The notes under the pieces were generated by a model, which saw only the letters and a list, made by a program, of their open reading frames with translations, was not told the origin of the DNA and did not search any database. Below are positions 1 to 8,544 of a DNA stretch of 20,000 bases, piece by piece. Positions within the stretch are counted from its first letter, which is position 1. Each line of letters starts with the position of its first letter. Made by a program: the position numbers and the translations under genes. The DNA comes from an uncultured virus (IMG/VR IMGVR_UViG_3300046507_000599) (taxonomy: Duplodnaviria; Heunggongvirae; Uroviricota; Caudoviricetes), in the IMG/VR virus record IMGVR_UViG_3300046507_000599; one strand, 5' to 3'.

Positions 1-32
1 CCGGCGTGAGGCTGGTGAAGGTGGCAGCATGA
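1..32 (+). CDS. C-terminal end of YqaJ-type exonuclease protein of prophage A (partial)
   Basis: Reads GVRLVKVAA*, identical to the C-terminus of 10090-11382; ATGA overlap with the next gene. Confidence 0.8.
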   Translation, partial: GVRLVKVAA

Positions 33-274
33 TCAGCAATCACCTCAACCTCGTCGAGCAGCACCGTTCGGATGCCGAATCGATCTCTGAACAAATCGCG
101 CAGTACCTGGCCACCGGCGGGCGGATCGACCAACTGAAGAGCCCGCCGCGCAATCCGCTGCCACCGCCCCGCTCGAAGAAAATAGACCCTGAAACGGTCC
201 TCAAGCGGCGGCGGCCGAAGCCGATATCGGCCGCCGACCGCAAGACTCTGCGCAAAATGGCGGACTCGATATGA
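29..274 (+). CDS. Conserved phage hypothetical protein (basic C-terminus)
   Basis: Coupled start/stop overlaps on both sides; homolog at 11379-11621 shares DPETVLKRR..PKPISAADR..LRKMAD. Confidence 0.8.
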   Translation: MISNHLNLVEQHRSDAESISEQIAQYLATGGRIDQLKSPPRNPLPPPRSKKIDPETVLKRRRPKPISAADRKTLRKMADSI

Positions 275-735
275 AGTCGAAACGAAAACCCAACAACGGC
301 TTCGCCCGGGCTGAACGCAGCTGCCGGGCGCTGCTGCGCACCAACCACGTCGCGGTGGTGAACATCGACCCCAGCGGCAGCCAGATCATGGCGAACTGGA
401 AGAGCTGCCGACAGATCCGCAGTCTGGCGATCGCCAACGCTATTTTCGATTTCTCGTATCGCTGGACGATCTACATCGGCGCCATGTGTCGCGACGAGCG
501 CGGCGCTGAGTACATCAAGTCGGTCGAGATCTCGCCAGAGGGCATCTGCAAGGTCGAGCGCCTGACCGATGCGATCGAGCATTACTATCTGGAGCTGCGC
601 AACAGCTGTAACCCGACCCATATGGTGGCGTCAGGCTGGATCGCCATTCCGGACGAAGTTTCGATGGATGAAGCCGAAGCCGCGAAGCTGTTCTACGCCG
701 CCGGCGCCTGGCATCAGGTGAAGGTAGCTGCGTGA
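271..735 (+). CDS. Conserved phage hypothetical protein
   Basis: 154 aa; near-identical homolog at 11618-12082 with many synonymous changes. Confidence 0.88.
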   Translation: MKSKRKPNNGFARAERSCRALLRTNHVAVVNIDPSGSQIMANWKSCRQIRSLAIANAIFDFSYRWTIYIGAMCRDERGAEYIKSVEISPEGICKVERLTDAIEHYYLELRNSCNPTHMVASGWIAIPDEVSMDEAEAAKLFYAAGAWHQVKVAA

Positions 736-810
736 GACGTTCCAGACCCCAACAACGCAAACGACAGACCTGGCTGGACTTGCCGGCCAGCGGAATTGAA
801 GAGGTAGGCC

Positions 811-1125
811 ATGGCCAAGACTGGACAAGAGCGATCTGCGAAGGCCGCACTGAAGCGGATCGAGTTCGACGAAAAGGAGCTGCGGCACAGGCTAAGGCTG
901 GGCACCCGGCAGAAGCTTGAAGAGTTGATGGCTTGGAACGATATCGACGAGATCAGCGAAGCAATCCAGAACCTGATCCTGAACGCCCATGCCCTGGGCC
1001 CGACCCTCTCCTATCAGACAATCGAATGTCCGCGCCACAAAATCACAGTTAGCGAAAACGTGGCGCGGATAATTCAAGCTGCTGGCCAGCGCCAGGCCGC
1101 ACGACTAGATGTCGAAGAAACTTAA
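811..1125 (+). CDS. Phage hypothetical protein, possible small DNA-binding protein
   Basis: RBS GAGGTAGG before the ATG; positional and distant homolog at 12158-12541 (shared QNL(I/L)xN). Confidence 0.75.
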   Translation: MAKTGQERSAKAALKRIEFDEKELRHRLRLGTRQKLEELMAWNDIDEISEAIQNLILNAHALGPTLSYQTIECPRHKITVSENVARIIQAAGQRQAARLDVEET

Positions 1126-1253
1126 TCATGCAGCGTGACACCTGACACGCCAGCTTTTTGCATCTCGCCAAGACTAGCGCATCGGTTCAAAGCGACAAGC
1201 ATCGCGGAGTTGAAACGTAATCCCGGCGACGATTTAGAGGCCCCAACAGCTTT

Positions 1254-1532
1254 TTAAAGTTTCTCTTTTACGTAAGGAAGCATGAGATGCAGGGCGGTGT
1301 CTTTCAGCTCACCGAACACCGCTTCGTCAACCTGGTCTAGTCGAAGATTGAACGAGGTTTCATGACCGCGAGCTCGGCCGTTTAAGTCCCAACTGATTTC
1401 AGGCTGCTCGCCTCCAACCAGAGGCACATATCCTACGAGCGTGTCAGTGCTTGCGGGATCAATACCATTGATTATCGCAGTGTGTCCGTTGCTGACTTTA
1501 ATTTCGATCGGCTTGATCGGGATGATCGGCAT
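1254..1532 (-). CDS. Accessory hypothetical protein (92 aa, MPIIPIKPIE...)
   Basis: Lies within ORF 1254-1703; ATG at 1532 is preceded by GGAG; the upstream extension overlaps a + strand leader. Confidence 0.6.
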   Translation of the reverse strand: MPIIPIKPIEIKVSNGHTAIINGIDPASTDTLVGYVPLVGGEQPEISWDLNGRARGHETSFNLRLDQVDEAVFGELKDTALHLMLPYVKEKL

Positions 1533-1718
1533 TTCACAACTCCATCTGTCACCGGCCCCATCGCCGGTCACCCGTAATACCCCAAACCAAACCAAATTGC
1601 CACCACCGGTCACGGAAGTGGGGGCGCCTGACTGGAGGTATCCACGAGTCACAAGCGCGCGATCGCCGAGGATTAAAACATGAGTCGAATTAGTAAAAAT
1701 CAATTAAAAATCTAAATT

Positions 1719-2621
1719 TCAATCACCCTTGTTAGCTTCAGACTTGTTAAAAAAAGCATTATCTCCAAACATTTCAAGATCATACCTAAAGGCCGCAATT
1801 GTTTCCGACGCCGCTGCTCGCTCGGGGTCATTGCGAAGTGACTTTTCTACTAGACTGTGTTGAGATGAGTTCATCTTGCCATACAGCTCAGATACTTCTC
1901 GTGCCTTACCGAACAGATACTGCGCAAATCCATCTGGCCAATAATAATTCGTAGGCGAAATCTTACCACCCTTAATAGAAACCCGACTTACTCGCATCTT
2001 ATTTGCCTGACTATGCTTGGCAAGTCCAAGCACTATGAATCTTGGTAATTTCGTGTACACCATAATCTCACCGTTCGTACTCACAAGTATATCCATATGC
2101 ATATTTCTTAGCAGGTAACGATTTATGTTCACAGGCACGCTTGCGTTAGTGGATTCTATGGGCTCCAGCGGAAAAAGATGCTGCTCATAAATTCCTGGGG
2201 TATTTGTCTTTCCAAGCAGAAAATCAGCAAGCCCCCTCAAAATAGATACTTCTGTATCGTTCTGTTGATCGCAAACTCTGGGATTCTTCTCGCGCATATA
2301 GCTAAGAGTGCGCCAACTCAAAGATGCGCAAAACTTTAAAAGCCATCCCTCATAACTAGCAGTATCATTCTCATTCTTTACGAACGGATAAAATATCTTA
2401 TTGGCAAACTCTCGCTCCCAGCCTGAGAAAAGCTGTTCGCAGCTTCCGCACAACCAATAGTCCTTAGCAATGTCTTGTGCCCGCCTATTAATATTTTCAC
2501 TTAGACGAATGTATCCAGTTGCAGACGTTTCCTTAACCCATTTGCCCACAAACTTTGGAATAAAGTGACTTAGCTTAAGCTCACCAGACACTCCGCATAA
2601 CTTGCATTCTCCTTGAGCCAT
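1719..2621 (-). CDS. Accessory HNH/His-Me-finger-like nuclease domain protein
   Basis: N-terminal CKLC...SHFIPK...LCGSCE pattern typical of zinc-binding HNH-like domains; AT-rich; antisense to the backbone. Confidence 0.65.
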   Translation of the reverse strand: MAQGECKLCGVSGELKLSHFIPKFVGKWVKETSATGYIRLSENINRRAQDIAKDYWLCGSCEQLFSGWEREFANKIFYPFVKNENDTASYEGWLLKFCASLSWRTLSYMREKNPRVCDQQNDTEVSILRGLADFLLGKTNTPGIYEQHLFPLEPIESTNASVPVNINRYLLRNMHMDILVSTNGEIMVYTKLPRFIVLGLAKHSQANKMRVSRVSIKGGKISPTNYYWPDGFAQYLFGKAREVSELYGKMNSSQHSLVEKSLRNDPERAAASETIAAFRYDLEMFGDNAFFNKSEANKGD

Positions 2622-2711
2622 GACTCACCCACTCTTTTATAGTCGAACTACTAATACCCCACTTCTACGAATCACGCCAGCCGGCGAGGCAATCGGCTGT
2701 CTGGAGCAATT

Positions 2712-3581
2712 ATGAATCCCTACCTGATCACCGGCCCGGCCCAGATCGGCATCAGTGGTGGTCGCACCAGCGGGCACATGGTCTACCAGATCCTCGAAGC
2801 GCACGGCGGTACCATGCCGCCAGATGTACACCTGTTCTTTCAGAACACCGGCAAGGAGCGCGAGGAAACGCTGATCTTTATCGATCAGATCGCCAAGCGC
2901 TGGAAAGTGAACATCGTATGGATGGAATGGTGCCGGGTTTATGGCCAGCCGGACGACGCGCCCTGGTACAAGCTGGTGGACTTCGAAACGGCCAGCCGCA
3001 ACGGCGAACCATTCACCATGATGCTCGAGTATTACGCCGGATACCGGAAGGCAGAGAAAAACCTGCCTCCGGTGCTGCCGAACTTCTCGAACAACATGTG
3101 CACCGCGTATTTGAAGGTGAAGATCGGCGAGAAACACATGCGCGCTTTGGGCTACACCGAGTGGGATTGCGTCGTCGGCATCCGGTACGACGAACCGAAG
3201 CGCTACCACCGCATGATGGCGGCCAACGATCGAGGCGGCACCCGATGGGACAACGTCTGCCCCTCCTACACCGCCGGCATCACCAAGGAGGATGTCGGTT
3301 CGTTCTGGTCGAACCAGCCCTTCGATCTGGGACTGGATTCCGACTTCGGCAACTGCGATCTGTGCTGGAAGAAAAACGAAGGCAAGTTGATCAAGACCAT
3401 CATGGATGATCCGTCGCGGGTAATCTGGTGGTCAGGAACAGAGGAACGATTCGGCCAGGTGTTCCGGCAGGACCGTGCAGATTACAAAACCATGGGCTGG
3501 TCTGCCGAGCAACGCTCCCGGCAGACCGATTTTGATTTCGAATACCTAGCCGAAGATATCGACTGCTTCTGTGGCGACTAG
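2712..3581 (+). CDS. Phosphoadenosine phosphosulfate reductase-family (PP-loop) protein
   Basis: ISGGRTSG PP-loop, FQNTGKE, CTAYLK, GIRYDE, NCDLC and terminal CFCGD; GGAG RBS. Confidence 0.82.
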   Translation: MNPYLITGPAQIGISGGRTSGHMVYQILEAHGGTMPPDVHLFFQNTGKEREETLIFIDQIAKRWKVNIVWMEWCRVYGQPDDAPWYKLVDFETASRNGEPFTMMLEYYAGYRKAEKNLPPVLPNFSNNMCTAYLKVKIGEKHMRALGYTEWDCVVGIRYDEPKRYHRMMAANDRGGTRWDNVCPSYTAGITKEDVGSFWSNQPFDLGLDSDFGNCDLCWKKNEGKLIKTIMDDPSRVIWWSGTEERFGQVFRQDRADYKTMGWSAEQRSRQTDFDFEYLAEDIDCFCGD

Positions 3582-4003
3582 CCCTTCCAGGCAGAAACAA
3601 GACCAGTCAAGGCACCGATGATGCCCACGGTTATGCCAAACCAGTAGGTCACTTTTTCCCTAGCTTGCTTGTTGGCTTCCCACAGATGAGCCTTCACATG
3701 CTTTATGCCGTTCTCGGACAGGTAAAGGATGGGCTCGAGCGGAATTGGATAATCCCATTCGATTCGATCATACATTGAAGGATCGGACTTACTTGGAAGC
3801 GGAACGGCTGCCATCTTCGCTTTGTGTTCGTAATACTTCGAGTGGATCTGATCTAAGCGGCGCCAAGCATGATCGAGATCAGTGTAATAGGAACTAGTGA
3901 AGCCGCCCTCTGGGTCGGGATCGGGATTCGGGTCGTACTCCTCCATCTTTGCGATCACGTGCTCTTGGCGCCATAACGCAAGTCGGTACTCAAAAAAATT
4001 CAA
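3578..4003 (-). CDS. Accessory protein with C-terminal transmembrane helix
   Basis: 141-aa ORF ending in YWFGITVGIIGALTGLVSAW; stop overlaps the convergent gene. Confidence 0.65.
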   Translation of the reverse strand: MNFFEYRLALWRQEHVIAKMEEYDPNPDPDPEGGFTSSYYTDLDHAWRRLDQIHSKYYEHKAKMAAVPLPSKSDPSMYDRIEWDYPIPLEPILYLSENGIKHVKAHLWEANKQAREKVTYWFGITVGIIGALTGLVSAWKG

Positions 4004-4054
4004 CTCTATAAGCCTCCGAAAATTTCGGCAGAACTATACGTCTGGGAACCCCCT

Positions 4055-4978
4055 ATGCCTACAGCAATCGATTTGTTCGCCGGACTCGGCGGATGGTCCA
4101 CCGGTGCCCGCAACGCTGGCGTCGAAGTTATTTGGGCAGCCAACCACTGGCCGGTCGCGGTCGAATGGCACAGCGCCAACCACCCGGAAGCCATTCACAT
4201 CTGCCAAGATCTGCATCAAGCGGACTGGTCGAAGGTGCCCGCTCACGACATCATGCTCGCGTCACCCTGCTGTCAGGGCCATTCGAAAGCTCGGGGCAAG
4301 AAGTCAGGCAATGCGCAGCATGACGCATCCCGCTCGACAGCATGGGCAGTTGTGTCCGCCGCCGAGTTCCACAAGCCCGAAGTAGTGCTGGTCGAGAATG
4401 TCGAAGAGTTCACGGACTGGGCGTTGTATCCAGCCTGGTCACAGGCCATGGCAGCGCTGGGCTACATGATTGCGCCGCACGTAGTCGACTGCGCCGACCT
4501 CGGCGTGCCACAGCACCGAGTTCGCCTATTTCTGGTCTGCACCCGCAGCAAATCGCCGCTGATGCTCGAACTGCACCGGCGCCAGCACGTTCCCGCCGCC
4601 AGTTTCCTGGAGTTCAACGATGGGCGCTGGTCACCAATCGAGAAACCGGGACGTGCACAGGCCACCCTCGACCGGGTTCGCAATGGTAGAGAGCGATTCG
4701 GCGATCAGTTCATCATGCCCTACTACGGCAAGGGCTCAGGGCTAACCGGTCGCGATATCAACCGTCCGATCGGCACCATCACAACGCTGGATCGCTGGGC
4801 GCTGGTTCGCGGCGATGAAATGCGGATGTTGTCGGCAAACGAGGCGCTCGCAGCAATGTCGTTTCCCAAAGAGACCCTTCGTCCCGACAACCACCGACTG
4901 ACCATGCACATGGCCGGCAACGCTGTGCCGCCGCTCGCTGGGCAGCGGATAATCGAAGCTCTATTCGAAGCGGCATGA
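4055..4978 (+). CDS. DNA (cytosine-5) methyltransferase
   Basis: Motif I DLFAGLGG, catalytic SPCCQ, ENV, QHRVR and C-terminal GNAV. Confidence 0.93.
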   Translation: MPTAIDLFAGLGGWSTGARNAGVEVIWAANHWPVAVEWHSANHPEAIHICQDLHQADWSKVPAHDIMLASPCCQGHSKARGKKSGNAQHDASRSTAWAVVSAAEFHKPEVVLVENVEEFTDWALYPAWSQAMAALGYMIAPHVVDCADLGVPQHRVRLFLVCTRSKSPLMLELHRRQHVPAASFLEFNDGRWSPIEKPGRAQATLDRVRNGRERFGDQFIMPYYGKGSGLTGRDINRPIGTITTLDRWALVRGDEMRMLSANEALAAMSFPKETLRPDNHRLTMHMAGNAVPPLAGQRIIEALFEAA

Positions 4979-4987
4979 CGCAATAAA

Positions 4988-5236
4988 TTATCGCGTAGAT
5001 ATCAGTTGGTTCCGATTTGCATCAAACGTCGACAAGAGCGGTGCAGGATCGGAAATCCTGTTTATAGCTACCCAGGCTCGAGTGCGCTCCACATCGAACG
5101 ACTGCTTTAGCCCGGACATAGAATCGACCAGTGTTCTTGAAATCCGATATCGGCCGCAGTCCACACAATTGCGCTCATGCCAATCGCCACCAGACTCGTA
5201 GGTTACCGCGGGCTCTTTGCAAATTAGGCAAGCCAT
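4988..5236 (-). CDS. Small zinc-ribbon protein (CxxC...CxxC)
   Basis: CLIC and CVDC; GGAG RBS; near-identical copy at 15600-15848. Confidence 0.7.
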   Translation of the reverse strand: MACLICKEPAVTYESGGDWHERNCVDCGRYRISRTLVDSMSGLKQSFDVERTRAWVAINRISDPAPLLSTFDANRNQLISTR

Positions 5237-5326
5237 CTATACCACTCCTTGTAAATGACACTTCAACTGTAGCTGACCCCTCAACAACCTCCACCGCCCG
5301 GGCATGCCCCGGCATAGGTATCCGTC

Positions 5327-5983
5327 ATGCCCACAGAAAACCGTATCGACTGTCCAGCACTGCACAAGCGCAGCAAAAGCTACCCGTTCGGCGACCGCGT
5401 GCCGCGCACGGTGAAGATGTTCACGACCGTCGTGGCTGATCCGATGCCGGGAATTACATCCGCTCTCTTGCAGGGTGATGGCCCGATCTGCCCTGAAGGC
5501 CAAATCTTTCCCGTATGGACCAACAGCCACGGCGCGGTAGCGGCTGTGCTGCCAGATGGCAAGCATCTTGGTCTGCGCCCTGCTGAGTTCGAGGTCGAGA
5601 CCTGGCATGATCTTGCGCCGGCGCCAGCGTCAGGCGTCACGCTTCAGGCCGACCGGGAAAACCGTATCTACTTGGCTGGACCGATGACGGGAATCAAGGA
5701 CTTCAATTTCCCAGCCTTCAATACGATGGCAGCCAAGCTCCGCGCCCGAGGCTACACCGTCGCAAACCCGACTGAGCATGGTGTCGTTGAAGGCGCCAAA
5801 TGGGGCGACTACATGGCTTACGACCTGACGCGTCTGGGCTTGTGCGGAATGGTCGCCCTTCTGCCGAACTGGGAAGAATCAAAGTGCGCTCGCCTCGAAG
5901 TGCATATAGCCGAGCAGCTCGGTATGGCCATCGTGGATGCCCATGATCTGGTATCGATGCCGGAATTACGCCGCGATGCCTGA
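5327..5983 (+). CDS. DUF4406-domain protein with extra N-terminal domain
   Basis: C-terminal RIYLAGPMTG..FNFPAF..NP..LPNWEESK.ARLE matches the standalone gene at 16534-16857. Confidence 0.8.
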   Translation: MPTENRIDCPALHKRSKSYPFGDRVPRTVKMFTTVVADPMPGITSALLQGDGPICPEGQIFPVWTNSHGAVAAVLPDGKHLGLRPAEFEVETWHDLAPAPASGVTLQADRENRIYLAGPMTGIKDFNFPAFNTMAAKLRARGYTVANPTEHGVVEGAKWGDYMAYDLTRLGLCGMVALLPNWEESKCARLEVHIAEQLGMAIVDAHDLVSMPELRRDA

Positions 5984-6009
5984 AGCAGCCGCTCTGTACC
6001 GTAATACAG

Positions 6010-6663
6010 CTATTTGACCAATCGGAGGTAAGGCCGCTCTTTCGGCCCTAAGAGAAATTCTTCCTTGGTCGCAGCAAGAAGTTTCGATAATTTTTGAAGG
6101 TAGATGGAGCAAAGCTCATCCGTACTCAGATCCCTGAGTTCCTGCGGAATATTCTCTGGCAAGCTATGGAAAACTTGGCGGACCTCTCCAATAGATTTGG
6201 GGATACTGACGTAGTACTTAATCGATTCACCACCACCCAAGTCCATCTCCCATCCAGATCCACCGTTCTGATCACCCATGAAAAATGATGTGGATTCGAA
6301 CGGCGGCTTTTCTAACTTTGCTAAGTCATTGCCGTTGAGACTGTGGATCGTTGCTGATACAGAAACATCTAAGCGCCCCTGCTTTTCCAGATTGTTTCTG
6401 GCCTCGACGAAATAACGCATAAGAGGATCGGCACGCATTTGATCTTGAAATGGTGCGTACCAGCTATTGAATCTGGACTCACCAACAATGGATCGCAGAT
6501 TTTGTATAACAAATGTCACGGATCTTCCGAAGACCAAGACGTTCCTCAAGCCCGCTGATCGCGCTGAGGGATCGCCACTTTTGAGAACATTAAGTCCAAA
6601 ATAGGCGGTATCGAGCACTTGCTCGGCACGCTTGATCGCGAGATGTGTCAACTCTGCATCCAT
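6010..6663 (-). CDS. Accessory hypothetical protein (217 aa)
   Basis: Long AT-rich antisense ORF filling the gap between backbone genes. Confidence 0.75.
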   Translation of the reverse strand: MDAELTHLAIKRAEQVLDTAYFGLNVLKSGDPSARSAGLRNVLVFGRSVTFVIQNLRSIVGESRFNSWYAPFQDQMRADPLMRYFVEARNNLEKQGRLDVSVSATIHSLNGNDLAKLEKPPFESTSFFMGDQNGGSGWEMDLGGGESIKYYVSIPKSIGEVRQVFHSLPENIPQELRDLSTDELCSIYLQKLSKLLAATKEEFLLGPKERPYLRLVK

Positions 6664-6777
6664 TTTTTTGGCCAGCCTTTTCCTAGGATTTACGAATGTA
6701 ACCCCGGAATTGAAAGGCTAAAAGAAAAAACCTCCCCTCCCCCTTCAAAGTCAGCCGCTATAGCGGCAGGAACCCCT

Positions 6778-7272
6778 ATGGTCGATGCAAACATTCACAA
6801 CTCGTTGAACACGCTCACGGCAAGCCAGATGGCCAAGCTGCTGGTGATGCATTACGGAATCGATAAGTTCGACTACAAGTACGACAGCCTAGGCGATGCA
6901 CCAAATGGCCTCGTTACGCTTGAAGATTTGGCGTCCATGTCCGGCGAGGATCTGGATCAGCTTTACGAGGAGAGTTCGCACGATGATGCGGTGAACGAGG
7001 TGCGTTACAGCGCAGTAAACTCCCCCGGAATCCCGAGTTGGTGCCACTACAGTTGGGAGCGCAACTACGAGGTCGAGGTGAAGGCCTTCATCCTGCCCGA
7101 TGGCCGTGCTCTTGCTTTTTGTGAGATGAGCGGCGGCGGCAAGCATGCCGAGCCAGACGCCTACCCTTGGGTTGAAGAGGCCAAATTCATCAAGTTCTCT
7201 TGCGTCGAAGAGCGCGTCATCAAGACTTACAAATTTGAGGATATTCCAGAAGCCTCAGAGGTGACGCCATGA
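6778..7272 (+). CDS. Phage hypothetical protein (acidic)
   Basis: ATG 6778 follows a hairpin leader and AGGA RBS; the ORF-track extension upstream overlaps the antisense gene. Confidence 0.72.
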   Translation: MVDANIHNSLNTLTASQMAKLLVMHYGIDKFDYKYDSLGDAPNGLVTLEDLASMSGEDLDQLYEESSHDDAVNEVRYSAVNSPGIPSWCHYSWERNYEVEVKAFILPDGRALAFCEMSGGGKHAEPDAYPWVEEAKFIKFSCVEERVIKTYKFEDIPEASEVTP

Positions 7273-7325
7273 TCTTCGCCCCGCTCTACATGGCCTACCT
7301 CATCTACAAGGGGCCGTGGCGATGA
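7269..7325 (+). CDS. Putative 18-aa coupled peptide MIFAPLYMAYLIYKGPWR
   Basis: ATGA overlaps with both neighbours; GAGGTG RBS just upstream. Confidence 0.5.
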   Translation: MIFAPLYMAYLIYKGPWR

Positions 7326-7828
7326 CCGGAATGATCGGCGCCCGCGCGGTGCCGCCGAAGCACAAGAGCGTCGAGTGGTATACGCCGGCCTGGATCTTCG
7401 ACCGGCTGGGATTGCAGTTTGACCTCGACCCATCCAGCCCGCACGACTACGTAACGGCGGTACCAGCGAAGACGAAGTACACGATCTTCGATGACGGCCT
7501 GTCGAAGGAATGGTCGGGCCGGGTGTGGATGAACCCACCATACGGCCCCGACACAGGGTTCTGGATGCGCCGCCTGATTGCTCATGGCAACGGCATTGCG
7601 CTGGTGTTCAGCCGCACGGATGCCGAGTGGTTTCAGGAAGCAATGGCCAGTGCATCGTCGACCCTGTTGATCAGGGGTCGGATTGCCTTTGTGCCCGGCC
7701 ACGAAAACAGCCACAAGAAAGGCCGATCAGGTGCTGGCAGCGCGATGTTTGCCTTCGGCGATGAATGCGCGATCGCGCTACAGAGCCTGGCGGATCTCGG
7801 AGTTCTGGTTCCCCGAATCGCCGACTGA
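7322..7828 (+). CDS. Phage DNA N6-adenine methyltransferase (phage Dam family)
   Basis: EWYTP, FDLDP, WMNPPY, RTD..WF and RGRIAF motifs; start could be 7322 or 7331. Confidence 0.88.
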   Translation: MTGMIGARAVPPKHKSVEWYTPAWIFDRLGLQFDLDPSSPHDYVTAVPAKTKYTIFDDGLSKEWSGRVWMNPPYGPDTGFWMRRLIAHGNGIALVFSRTDAEWFQEAMASASSTLLIRGRIAFVPGHENSHKKGRSGAGSAMFAFGDECAIALQSLADLGVLVPRIAD

Positions 7829-7895
7829 CCTGTCTTCGATGTAACCCCTCCCCCAACTCAACAGCCTGCCGGTGTGCGGCGGGCGAGGATTCGTT

Positions 7896-8255
7896 ATGTC
7901 CGATTTTCAAACCGAAACCACGCCCACCGCGCGCAAGCAGCACAAGTGCGGCGAGTGCTACGGCCTGATTGAGCCGGGCCAGAAATACCAGCTTGTGTCT
8001 GGCTGCTGGGATGGACGCATGGATTCCTGCAAAACCTGCATGCCCTGCCTCGAAGCGCGCGTCTGGGCGATCGCTCAGCCCGAGTGGATGGGTGATGGCG
8101 AGCACCTCTACTACTTCGGCCGGCTCGACGAGGACTTGGCCGACTTGGCTCAAGAAATCAGGTCGCAAGATGGCCGGCGGTTCCGGACTTATCGATTACA
8201 ACTGCTCATGGCTCGACGCAGAAACGCAGCTCAGGCACGTCGCCAAGCTGCATAA
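7896..8255 (+). CDS. Phage hypothetical protein with Cys pairs (likely Zn-binding)
   Basis: GAGG RBS; ARKQHKCGEC...KTCMPC. Confidence 0.75.
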   Translation: MSDFQTETTPTARKQHKCGECYGLIEPGQKYQLVSGCWDGRMDSCKTCMPCLEARVWAIAQPEWMGDGEHLYYFGRLDEDLADLAQEIRSQDGRRFRTYRLQLLMARRRNAAQARRQAA

Positions 8256-8300
8256 CCCATCCCACCTTCTGCCGCCACGCGCGGCATGGAGCAATACCTC

Positions 8301-8543
8301 ATGGAAACCGAAATCCTCTCTGACGAGGAGCTGGCCGAACTCACCGGCTACAAGGCCAGGGCCTACCAACGCCGCTGGCTAATTGATCGCCAGTGGGTGT
8401 TCGTCGAAAGCCGCGGCAAACGTCCACTGGTGGGTCGGATGTATGCCCGCATGAAGCTGGGCATGATCAGCCCGACCATTGCCGATCCAAACCCGCCGCC
8501 GGCCGCGCCGGCATGGACGCCAGACTATTCGCGAGTGAACTGA
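8301..8543 (+). CDS. DUF4224-family excisionase-like protein
   Basis: LSDEELAELTGYK...QRRWL...GKRPLV; directly upstream of the integrase; GGAG RBS. Confidence 0.82.
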   Translation: METEILSDEELAELTGYKARAYQRRWLIDRQWVFVESRGKRPLVGRMYARMKLGMISPTIADPNPPPAAPAWTPDYSRVN

Positions 8544-8544
8544 T

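Noticed and set aside
1719..4978. Classical restriction-modification pair (HNH + Dcm) or Dnd operon
   Set aside because: Opposite strands and different composition; B has the MTase without the HNH gene; no dndA/B/D/E-like genes are seen
5994..6009. LexA-box-like CTGTACCGTAATACAG
   Set aside because: Matches CTGT-N8-ACAG but lies between two convergent stop codons with no promoter to control; more likely chance or a small hairpin
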